Positions 1-11,711 of a stretch of 64,000 bases of DNA are shown in pieces. This stretch comes from Epithemia pelagica (lineage: Eukaryota > Protista > Bacillariophyta). The position numbers and the translations under genes were made by a program. The notes beneath the pieces are model-generated. The model saw only the letters and a program-made list of their open reading frames with translations, did not search any database and was not told the DNA's origin. The stretch is from contig OX337234.1 in the NCBI GenBank assembly GCA_946965045.2, forward strand, positions 1,612,001 to 1,676,000. The letters are read 5' to 3'. The stretch's first letter is position 1. Each line of letters opens with the position of its first letter.

Positions 1-3000
1 GTTTGGTACATTTGGAAGTTTGGGACATCGACAACACGACACTGGTATGGTCTACAACAAGACTTTTGGTCTGCGATACACGAGTTCAAAGTCTATGACA
101 TCCATGCCTATGATACCCCAATTGTCTCTACCGGAATTCGGAGCGATTCAAGTTATAGAAGGGCGTCTTTGCTCCATGTCCATGGAAGTTTGGGAAATGG
201 ACAACGCGACACTGGTATGGTCTACAACAAGACTTTTGGTCTGCGATAAACGAGTTCAGAGCCTATGACGTCCATTCCTGTGATACCCCAAGTGACTCTA
301 CAGAAATTTCGAGCAATTCAAGTTATAGAAGGGTGTCTTTGTTCCATGTCCATGGAAATTTGGTACATCGACAACACGACACTGGTATGGTCTACAACAA
401 GACTTTTGGTCCGCGATAGACGAGTTCAGAGCCTATGACATCCATGCCTATGATACCCCAAGTGTCTCTACCCCAAGTGTCTCTACCGAACTTTGGAGCG
501 ATTCAAGTTATAGAAGGGTGTCTTTGCTCCATGTCCATGGAAGTTTGGGACATGACAACGCAACAGTGGTATGGTCTATAACAAGACTTTTGGTCTGCGA
601 TAGACGAGTTCAGAGCCTATGACATCCATGCCTATGATACCCCAAGTGTCTCTACCGAACTTTGGAGCGATTCAAGTAATAGCAGAGTGTCTTTGCTCCA
701 TGTCCATGGAAGTTTGGGACATCCACAAGGCGATACTGATATGGTCTACAACAAGACTTTTGGTTCGCGATAGACGAGTTCAGAGCCTATGACATCCATG
801 CCTATGATACCCCAAGTGTGTCTACCGCAATTTAAAGCAATTTAAATTATAGAAGTTTGTCTTTGCTCCATGTCCATGGAAGTTTGGGACATCGACAACG
901 CAACAGTGGTATGGTCTATAACAAGACTTTTGGTCCGCGATAGACGAGTTCAGAGCCTATGACATCCATGCCTATGATACCCCAAGTGTTTCTACCGAAA
1001 TTTGGAGCGATTCAAGTTATAGAAGAGTGTCTTTGCTCCATGTCCATGGAAGTTTGGTACAACGACAACGCCACACCGGTATGGTCTACAACAAGACTTT
1101 TAGTCCGCGATAGACGAGTTCAGAGCCTATGACATCCATGCCTATGATACCCCAAGTGTCTCTACCGAGATTTGGAGCGATTCAAGTTATAGAAGAGTGT
1201 CTTTGCACCATGTCCATGGAAGTTTGGTACAACGACAACGCCACACCGGTATGGTCTACAACAAGAGTTTTGGTCCGCGATAGACGAGTTCAGAGTTTAT
1301 GATATCCATGCCTATGATACCCCAAGTGTCTCTACCGAAATTCGGAGCGATTCAAGTTATAGAAGGGTGTCTTTGCTCCATAACCATGGAAGTTTGGGAA
1401 ATGGACATCGCGACACTGGTATGGTCTACATCAAGACTTTTGGTCTGCGATACACGAGTTCAGAGCCTATGACGTCCATTCCTGTGATACCCCAAGTGAC
1501 TCTACAGAAATTTCGAGCGATTCAAGTTATAGAAGGGTGTCTTTGCTCCATGTCCATGGATATTTGGTACATCGACAACACAATACTGGTATGGTCTACA
1601 ACAAGACTTTTGGTCCGCGATAGACGAGTTCAGAGCCTATGACATCCATGCCTATGATACCCCAAGTGTGTCTACCAAAATTTGGAGCGATTCAAGTTAT
1701 AGAAGGGTGTCTTTGCTCCATGTCCATGGAAGTTTGGGACATCGACAACACGACACTGGTATGGTCTACAACAAGACTTTTGGTTTGAGATGCACGAGTT
1801 CAAGGCCCATGACATCCATGCCTATGATACCCCAAGTGTGTCTACCGAGATTTGGAGCGATTCAAGTTATAGAAGAGTGTCTTTGCTCCATGTCCATGGA
1901 AGTTTGGTACAACGACAACGCCACACCGGTATGGTCTTCAACAAGACTTTTGGTCCGCGATAGACGAGTTCAGAGCCTATGACATCCATGCCTATGATAC
2001 CCCAAGTGTGTCTACCGCAATTTCAAGCAATTTAAATTATAGAAGTTTGTCTTTGCTCCATGTCCATGGAAGTTTGGGACATCGACAACGCAACAGTGGT
2101 ATGGTCTATAACAAGACTTTTGGTCCGCGATAGACGAGTTCAGAGCCTATGACATCCATGCCTATGATACCCCAAGTGTTTCTACCGAAATTTGGAGCGA
2201 TTCAAGTTATAGAAGAGTGTCTTTGCTCCATGTCCATGGAAGTTTGGTACAACGACAACGCCACACCGGTATGGTCTACAACAAGACTTTTAGTCCGCGA
2301 TAGACGAGTTCAGAGCCTATGACATCCATGCCTATGATACCCCAAGTGTCTCTACCGAGATTTGGAGCGATTCAAGTTATAGAAGAGTGTCTTTGCACCA
2401 TGTCCATGGAAGTTTGGTACAACGACAACGCCACACCGGTATGGTCTACAACAAGACTTTTAGTCCGCGATAGACGAGTTCAGAGTTTATGATATCCATG
2501 CCTATGATACCCCAAGTGTCTCTACCGAAATTCGGAGCGATTCAAGTTATAGAAGGGTGTCTTTGCTCCATAACCATGGAAGTTTGGGAAATGGACATCG
2601 CGACACTGGTATGGTCTACATCAAGACTTTTGGTCTGCGATACACGAGTTCAGAGCCTATGACGTCCATTCCTGTGATACCCCAAGTGACTCTACAGAAA
2701 TTTCGAGCGATTCAAGTTATAGAAGGGTGTCTTTGCTCCATGTCCATGGATATTTGGTACATCGACAACACAATACTGGTATGGTCTACAACAAGACTTT
2801 TGGTCCGCGATAGACGAGTTCAGAGCCTATGACATCCATGCCTATGATACCCCAAGTGTGTCTACCAAAATTTGGAGCGATTCAAGTTATAGAAGGGTGT
2901 CTTTGCTCCATGTCCATGGAAGTTTGGGACATCAACAACACGACACTGGTATGGTCTACAACAAGACTTTTGGTTTGAGATGCACGAGTTCAAGGCCCAT

Positions 3001-5486
3001 GACATCCATGCCTATGATACCCCAAGTGTGTCTACCGAGATTTGGAGCGATTCAAGTTATAGAAGAGTGTCTTTGCTCCATGTCCATGGAAGTTTGGTAC
3101 AACGACAACGCCACACCGGTATGGTCTTCAACAAGACCTTTGGTCTGAGATGCACAAGTTCAGAGCCTATGACATCCATGCCTAAGATACCCCAAGTGTC
3201 TCTACCGAACTTTGGAGCGATTCAATTTATAGAAGGGTGTCTTTGCTCCATGTCCATGGAAGTTTGGGACATCGACAGGGCGATACTGATATGGTCTACA
3301 ACAAGACTTTTGGTCCGCGATAGACGAGTTCAGAGCCTATGACATCCATGCCTATGATACCCCAAGTGTGTCTACCGCAATTTGGAGCAATTCAAATTAT
3401 AGAAGGGTGTCTTTGCTCCATGTCCATGGAAGTTTGGGACATCGACAACGCAACAGTGGTATGGTCTATAACAAGACTTTTGGTCCGCGATAGACGAGTT
3501 CAGAGTCTATGACATCCATGCCTATGATAACCCAAGTGTCTCTACCGAAATTTGGAGCGATTCAATTTATAGAAGAGTGTCTTTGCTCCATGTCCATGGA
3601 AGTTTGGGACATCGACAACGCGACACTGGTATGGTCTACAACAAGACTTTTGGTCCGCAATAGATGAGTTCAGAGCCTATGATATCCATTCCTGTGATAC
3701 CCCAAGTGTCTCTACCGAAATTTGGAGTGATTCAAGTTATAGAATGGTGTCTTTGCTCCATGTCCATGGAAGTTTGGTACATCGACAACGCAACAGAGGT
3801 ATGGTCTATAACAAGACTTTTGGTCCTTGTTAGACGCGTTCAGAGCCTATGATATCCATGCCTATGATACCCCAAGTGTCTCTACCGAAATTTGGAGCGA
3901 TTCAAGTTATAGAAGAGTGTCTTTGCTCCATGTCCATGGAAGTTTGGGACATCCACAAGGCGATACTGATATGGTCTACAACAAGACTTTTGGTCCGCGA
4001 TAGACGAGTTCAGAGCCTATGACATCCATGCCTATGATACCCCAAGTGTGTCTACCAAAATTTGGAGCGATTCAAGTTATAGAAGGGTGTCTTTGCTCCA
4101 TGTCCATGGAAGTTTGGGACATCGACAACGCAATAGTGGTATGGTCTACAACAAGACTTTTGGTTCGCGATAGACGAGTTCAGAGCCTATGACATCCATG
4201 CCTATGATACCCCAAGTGCCTCTACCGAACTTTGGAGCGATTCAAGCTATAGAAGAGTGTCTTTGCTCCATGTCCATGGAAGTTTGGTACAACGACAACG
4301 CCACACCGGTATGGTCTACAACAAGACTTTTAGTCCGCGATAGACGAGTTCAGAGCCTATGACATCCATGCCTATGATACCCCAAGTGTCTCTACCGAGA
4401 TTTGGAGCGATTCAAGTTATAGAAGAGTGTCTTTGCACCATGTCCATGGAAGTTTGGTACAACGACAACGCCACACCGGTATGGTCTACAACAAGACTTT
4501 TAGTCCGCGATAGACGAGTTCAGAGTTTATGATATCCATGCCTATGATACCCCAAGTGTCTCTACCGAAATTCGGAGCGATTCAAGTTATAGAAGGGTGT
4601 CTTTGCTCCATAACCATGGAAGTTTGGGAAATGGACATCGCGACACTGGTATGGTCTACATCAAGACTTTTGGTCTGCGATACACGAGTTCAGAGCCTAT
4701 GACGTCCATTCCTGTGATACCCCAAGTGACTCTACAGAAATTTCGAGCGATTCAAGTTATAGAAGGGTGTCTTTGCTCCATGTCCATGGATATTTGGTAC
4801 ATCGACAACACAATACTGGTATGGTCTACAACAAGACTTTTGGTCCGCGATAGACGAGTTCAGAGCCTATGACATCCATGCCTATGATACCCCAAGTGTG
4901 TCTACCAAAATTTGGAGCGATTCAAGTTATAGAAGGGTGTCTTTGCTCCATGTCCATGGAAGTTTGGGACATCAACAACACCACACTGGTATGGTCTACA
5001 ACAAGACTTTTGGTTTGAGATGCACGAGTTCAAGGCCCATGACATCCATGCCTATGATACCCCAAGTGTGTCTACCGAGATTTGGAGCGATTCAAGTTAT
5101 AGAAGAGTGTCTTTGCTCCATGTCCATGGAAGTTTGGTACAACGACAACGCCACACCGATATGGTCTACAACAAGACTTTTGGTCCATGGTAGATGAGTT
5201 CAGAGCCTATGATATCCATGCCTATGATACCCCAAGTGGCTCTACCGAAATTTGGAGCGATTCAAGTTATAGAAGGGTGTCTTTGTTCCACGTCCATGGA
5301 AGTTTGGGACATCGACAACGCGACACTGGTATGGTCTATAACAAGACTTTTGGTCCATGTTAGACGAGTTCAGAGCCTATGACGTCCATTCCTGTGATAC
5401 CCCAAGTGTCTCTACCGAAATTTGGAGCGAGTCAAGTTATAGAAGGGTGTCTTTGCTCCATGTCCATGGAAGTCTGGGACATCGAC
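1..5486. repeat. 170-bp tandem satellite, ~32 monomers, open at the left window edge, with higher-order repeat structure
   Basis: Anchor CAGAGCCTAT recurs at 257, 427, 611, 781, 951, 1121 ... 5371 (period 170). One 184-bp monomer results from a 15-bp duplication at 456-485 plus a 1-bp deletion. Block 781-1970 is nearly identical to 1971-3160. Confidence 0.98.
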
Positions 5487-5498
5487 GTCTGTTTTAAT

Positions 5499-6770
5499 TT
5501 AAGTCGCGGTATTCTCTTTGAGGTTCATGATGGCTTGGAAACAGTATCGGAATAACACCATGTAATTGAAAAAGGGACCGAAGCAGGTTGATACCAACCA
5601 TTTTGTCCACTCGACCTCTGTTCCCATGTGTATGAAGGGGCTAGAGAATTGTGATGATTCATTGGGGTACCGGAGGTCCTTGTACATCTGTTGAACTGCT
5701 GTGACTATGACCACCTGTGTGTATCGGGGTATCCCTCCTACCCCAGAAGTCAGGTCAGGCCTGTATTGATTCAAGAGTAAGGCTCTTCGAACGATCATAC
5801 AGAAACGCCATATGAAATATTTATTGTTGGACTTCCAACAGACCCGAATACTGACACATTCTCCATTTGAATTGCATGGTCGGAGGCAACCCTTACATAC
5901 GATTGGAACATAAGTACATGTGCGATCCACAAGTTTATCATGGAGTTTCCCATCGTGGTCGAAAATGCATTGTCGGCATTTGTAGTCATTGCCACCTGTT
6001 TCGCATACATCACAATGTACCCCACAACCGTAACAATGGTCACGGCACCGGTGAGTAGTACCAAAAGGATGCCAGAATTTTCCTGTTAAATACCGATCGG
6101 TTGTTGGGTTATCTTGAAACAAACAAACTGGACAAATGGCATCTGTTATATTCTCTGTAGAACCCAATACCTTGTTGGCAAGTCTGGTGAACTTAACCAC
6201 TTCAGGGTGAAAGTCTGCATCTCGGTCACCAACTCGATCAGAATAACTTGGTGATTCCGGAGCCAATGGTATTGTCTTAAATTTCGCAGTGACCACAGAG
6301 GGGTCAATGATACGGCTTTTGACCGCATATGGATTGCGAATGACCGTTTTCTTGGGATTAGTATGAGGAACGATAGTTGTATCGGGAATGGGTGGTGGTA
6401 CAACAACGTTACCAGGAGTCTCTGTTTTCTTTGGAGACTCTGTTTTCTCGTGATGCCCTTCGACGGATATACCTGGTTCAGGAGAGCTGACATCTCCTAC
6501 TCGTGGTGCCAATTCACCGACGTGGTTGCTGTTGTTATTTTTGTGATGTCCTTTTTTCTCTTTCTGGAATTTCTCTTCTCTCAATTGAAATAAATCCTCG
6601 AGAAATGTGATGTCGCCGTCATTTTGGAACTGGGTTTCTTCTGGATGAAGATTGTTTCCACGGCTTTCACTAAGTACCCCCTTGTTTTGTGGTTTGGTAC
6701 TTTGTGGTTTTCGGCGTTTGTTGTATGGGTTCGTCATGGTGCGTGGTTTTTTGTATGGATTGCTCAACAT
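5499..6770 (-). CDS. Hypothetical Cys/His-rich protein (423 aa), probably an accessory gene of the adjacent Plavaka-type element
   Basis: Uninterrupted ORF with a basic/low-complexity N-terminus and a Cys/His-rich C-terminal half (CPVC, HRCRDHCYGCGVHCDVC, CRQC, CKGCLRPC). No family recognised. Confidence 0.6.
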   Translation of the reverse strand: MLSNPYKKPRTMTNPYNKRRKPQSTKPQNKGVLSESRGNNLHPEETQFQNDGDITFLEDLFQLREEKFQKEKKGHHKNNNSNHVGELAPRVGDVSSPEPGISVEGHHEKTESPKKTETPGNVVVPPPIPDTTIVPHTNPKKTVIRNPYAVKSRIIDPSVVTAKFKTIPLAPESPSYSDRVGDRDADFHPEVVKFTRLANKVLGSTENITDAICPVCLFQDNPTTDRYLTGKFWHPFGTTHRCRDHCYGCGVHCDVCETGGNDYKCRQCIFDHDGKLHDKLVDRTCTYVPIVCKGCLRPCNSNGECVSIRVCWKSNNKYFIWRFCMIVRRALLLNQYRPDLTSGVGGIPRYTQVVIVTAVQQMYKDLRYPNESSQFSSPFIHMGTEVEWTKWLVSTCFGPFFNYMVLFRYCFQAIMNLKENTAT

Positions 6771-7163
6771 TGCTTAAGCCAGAGAGTATTATCACACCGC
6801 TTGTGTAAAAATGATTACTTGATGATCAAACAGAATGAACCTATCACATTCAAGAAAAAGAAGAGACGAGACATCTACTAAGATGTCTTTGTTTTTTTAT
6901 GAAGAATAAAGGGTCGGCTGCCGTTTGTGGATACCACATGGACATCTATCTCATACTATCCCTCATCACGTGTCACTCTTTTTAATAAACGGAGTACCAC
7001 TCCGACATGTTGGGGAGTATATTATTGGGACTACTTCTCTGAAATAAATATTATGGAAACCACTCGGACATCCCCCATGACCTTTGTTGGTGGTTGGAAA
7101 CCCCCACCCCCACCCCCACCCCCACCCCCTATTGGTTATACAGAACAACTTTCACTGACACCT

Positions 7164-10100
7164 TCATGATCCAGCAGTGTTACGATCTGTTGTTGTTGTT
7201 TGTGAAGGATATGATGATGATGTATATCTTGCTCTCAACGAATCACTTGCTGAGTCATTGAACTCCTTGGCCCATTTACTGGCAGGAAGTACCTCCCATA
7301 CAATATCGGAATAGTTCCTGTGATTCCGAGTATATTCAAGCAATATTTCTCTTTCCGCATCAGAATGCAGGTATTCCGGTACCTTATCTCGGTGTTGGAT
7401 CATTTCCGGGTTTTCATCGATCACTCCTACCAATTCAACTATATTGGTGATAGGAACCACTACAAGATCGGGAACACGGGAATTCCGGGTAAAGGCCTTG
7501 CTCCATCGAATGAAAAGGACGGAGGACTTCTCTTTATCCTTGTCACTACGACGATAAGTGGTTCGTAATAAAGCATGTGTGACATCTCCCGGATTTTCTT
7601 GGTGGATTCTTGATGTACGAGCATCATTTCCCTGTTCTTGCATGCGACCAGCACTTTCCCGTTGTTCCCATGGTCTGCGTATGAAGCATAAAACCTGACA
7701 GAGTACCAAGATATTGTCTGTTCCCTGATTACCTGTTGCAGTGTCAGTGAATGGTGTTCGCTGGTGTCGTGGGATCCATGCTTTCACCCAGTCTCTCCAA
7801 GGACCCTCACTTTGGAAATTCGGATGACATCGGATACCACCTATGTTTTCGTCCCTGAATTTGACCTCTGTACACCCATGGATCATGATGTTATCACTTG
7901 TGTCATTCTGTTGTATAATATTCATTTGTGTGAAGAGTGCACCTGCATGTTTCACCAGAAAGTCAAGGATTACTTTTGGGAGGATCATACCAGTATTTGT
8001 TTTCGAAATATACTTGTAAGCACACTTGACCACGGGGCTCTCTGTCCGTCCAGATCTGACCAATTGGATTTGTATTGTTGTCCCTCGCCCCTTGAATTTA
8101 CATCTATCTTCTTCATCTTCCTCGTCATCATTCTCATGACTATGATACACTTGACTTCTTTTTTTCCTTGCAGCAAGGGTTGGAGATTGACCATTTTTTA
8201 GTAGCTCCACGTCATCTTGTTTGATCCCAGATGCTTTACAGAGCAGATCCCATGCCTGCATCTGCCATATATTATCACCAAGTTGACTGTCAAAGACACC
8301 CTTACCCCGCTTTTGTACTGTTTTGGCATTCAGTTTGACGATTTCTTTGTGGTTACTCTCCTCTGATTCAGTGTCGGATATTTTAACTGGGCCGAAATTG
8401 GACACCTGTCGAACTATATGTACCAAGTTGTGGTATTTTGGGATCATCTAACCATTGCACATCAGTTTCCCTTTTTTATCCAATCGTGGTGCATACCGCC
8501 GTATACCATCCATCATTATCTTGACAGATTCAACTGATCGCCGCGCTGTTTCCTTCGCGGCAGGAGAACGTGGGTCGCTATCCCAAAATCTATCCATCCT
8601 TGTCCAGTTGTTGAAACAGAGTATTGTCTCAAACAGGAAGAGGAAATCCAGATATGGTTCCCGCTCACCTTCATCCCAGATCGATGCATATGCCACAGGG
8701 TCATCGTCGAATACTGTTTTGCTCGTAACCTGTACCTCAATGTCAGGTTCACAATATTGGTAATCTTCATTTTCCTGTACATGACCGGGCAGATTGTCGT
8801 TGATATTTGTGGTTATTTCTTCGTTCCTATCATCCACAGATGAGTCATTCTCATCCAAATCGGATGAATCATCAGCGATACTGTGGTGTACAACCCGTTT
8901 TTTTTTCGATTGTTGTTGACGTTTATTGTTGGTAGAGGATACGTTGTTTTGTCCAGCGCCCATTCGTTGTCGTTTTTTCTTTTTTTTCTAATTGTTTTTT
9001 CTTTCTCTTCTGTTCTTTCTCTTCTTCCTTTTTCTTTTGTCTCTCTTCTTCTTCTTTGCACCATTGTTTCCACTCTGCAACTACTTTTTTCCATTTCTCC
9101 GCCATAGTCGAAGCGAAAATAAGATGACCACGAACAGAAACACACAAAGCGGCTGAGACAAACATAATACCAACCCATTCATTGGCTGTTACCTTTGTTA
9201 CATTACTGATACCTGCAGAGAAGGATGTTCTGGGGTACCCCCAACTAGAAGAATAAGAGAATACCGACTGCCGGTTGGCTCGGAAGACAGAGCTGTACAA
9301 GAAATCAAACATGGCTTTTTCTCTCATTGTCATCAGAGCAAAGAAATCAGTCATGATATATTTCATGATCCCCGATTTCAAAGTATGTAATACATCACAA
9401 CATGCCGCGGTAAAAATCCCATGTGTTTTATTAACACCCTCACCCAAATACAAATGGTTGTAGATGTTGTTCACTGGGTATTGTCCAATCTGATGTAAAA
9501 TTTTCTTGGAATTGTTCACAGGTTCTCTCCAAGGATCCTCTCTCGGATCATCTATACCGGGTTGTCCAGAATCGATAACTACTGGGTTTCCTGATGGTTT
9601 ATCTAAACCAAGCACACGGAGGCTTCTGAAATGGATAGGGTTTTTGAAGAGGTAGTTGCATGTGGACCATGGGTATCTAGACTCCCGAGGTGTGTAATCA
9701 CACTGCCAGACAAGCCGGCCAACACTTTGATGATGAGATGCATATCTTCCTGCGATGTTATCTTGTGACTTCGCATCTCCCTTTATCATGATCACGGGTA
9801 ATACTAATCTCACCACCTTCTCGATCCCATGGATCCGTAATCGCATCCACAATCCACCTCGATTCTGTATCTTCAAAAGAGCTTGGTGTATTCGCGAGAG
9901 CTGTGCATGATAATTCCGACAGGGGACCCCCTTTCCAAGATGTATTTGGCCGCAGATGACTTCCGTTCCATATCTGTGATCAACCCTAAGGTGATTTGTC
10001 TATTCGGCTTTCGCATTTCAGACATCGTCAAAAATGAAGGTACCATAACAACTGGTTCCGCATTAAACCGACCATCCCCCGTCGCGTGTGTCTTATCCAT

Positions 10101-11291
10101 ATAAGACAATAAACCAACAACGAAAGTATCGTTGTCATGTCTGTATTTCCGTACGGTACGTTGGAAAACATGGCCATCTTGTATGTTTTCGAGACATTTA
10201 TTCGGTATATAAGGGCGATACGGGTCGTCATCACATAATATTGTTTTATCCTTGGAAGTGGCTTCAGGATCTTGCAAGACCCGTCGAAGTTGATGCACAA
10301 AATCAAATATAACGGTATCAACGGACTTCTCGCTGTCTGGAACAATTATATCCTTTTTGGTTGTAACTTCCATTGGGACGGTGACAATCTTTGGTTTGGG
10401 GAAATCGAAACCTCTTTTTTCGAATTTCGCCATGAATCCCTTTCGCCGTGGATGTTTTTTATTGAAAAAACGTGAGCCACAACACTCGTTAGTAGAATCA
10501 ATCCATGCCAAAATGGCATCGAACATGAACTTCGGACACCCAGCATTCCGGAGGAGTATGGCCAACCTCAATAAAGCCTTGTCATCTTCGGAAAATCGGA
10601 GACCATTTTGTTCAAGATACACTGGAAATTCCAAAGGATTGTCTTTTGAGTTTTCATCGATAACATGGTCATCACTGGATGAACCTTTGCCTTGGACATC
10701 CTCATTGTCATCGACAGTTTGTTGGAGCCCATCATCATGATCTGCTGGTGGTCCCTCTTCTTGGTCCTCATCTGATTCTTCCTCATTCTCAGATGACAGC
10801 AAGGAATGAGCAATATTTGTACTATTCCGACATGGCTGTCTCACGATGGGTTGTTTTTGTGTAGTGGGTTGCAGATCCTCTCTTTCCTCATCTTCTCGAT
10901 CGTCCGCCCAGGGTATCCCTACAGCACTATCATCGGTTCCTCCATTTTCTGAAATCCCTACAGCACTATCATTGGTTCCTCCATTTTCTAAATGATTTCC
11001 CTGATCTTTATCATGAGAGATATTGTTCTCGACTCCAGCAGTTTCGTGGCATATCATGGACGATTCGTGCTCCAATGCATGTGAGACCAAAGTGCCGTTT
11101 TCTCTCTTGGTACTACAAACCCTTTCATGTTGGAAGATACCGGAGACGTGGAATAATACATGACAATTTCTACATTTACGACATGGAAGAATGGAACCAC
11201 CTGTACTCGCATTTGGATCTTCGCCCACCCATTGATCTTTGATGACGGAAGGTTTATTTCTTAAATACCTTGGTTTACAAGGACGGCCCAT
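7164..11291 (-). pseudogene. Plavaka-type (CMC-related) DDE transposase, ~1375 aa when reconstructed, disrupted by 2 frameshifts and 1 nonsense codon
   Basis: Four consecutive ORFs carry motifs YMDKT..EPV, (frameshift) CRNYH, KGDAKSQD..GRY, CDVLH..G..KY, PRTSF..G, NG*MIPKYHNLVH, ESEESNHK, RCHPNF...GPWRDWV. The breaks are a C5/G5 run at 9927-9931, a poly-A run near 8975, and TAG at 8448-8450. Confidence 0.8.
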
Positions 11292-11711
11292 GGTATTGGT
11301 TTTGTGGTCCTTAGTCTTTGTGGAATGAGAATCATTGCTAGTGTGACGACTGACACGAATGGTTTCGATTTTATGGTCGCCCGGCTCGCTTTCTCATTGG
11401 TTGTGGATGGATATGGTTTACCCCCCCCCCCCTACTATTCCACATAAACTATGAGTCTATCAGTACATGGGATCGGAACGAACACAAATGCCCATGTGGC
11501 ATTGGACGTTTGAATGTATAATTGTCGCCTGTCGATTTGGTTCAATTCAAAAAAAACCGGGTGTACTCGGAACAAACGGCTCAACTTTTGAAAGTTGATA
11601 GTCGAAAGGTCAGACCTCAATGAAAACGGATTGGCATAACATTCTCCTCTTGTTGCATCCAAAACTCATTGCATTGTCAACACTTCTTATATCAGGTATA
11701 CTCTTCTTGTC

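Noticed and set aside
20-5382. Repeated short ORFs (62-120 aa) in the satellite
   Set aside because: They arise from the 170-bp period, switch frame between monomers and show no protein-like conservation.
1-5486. CRISPR-like array interpretation of the 170-, 86- and 44-bp repeats
   Set aside because: Monomers are homologous along their whole length with no unique spacers, there are no cas genes, and the context is eukaryotic.
8448-9931. Programmed frameshifting or readthrough in the Plavaka-like transposase
   Set aside because: Three independent lesions (two in homopolymers, one replacing a conserved Trp) are more simply explained by decay or sequencing error.
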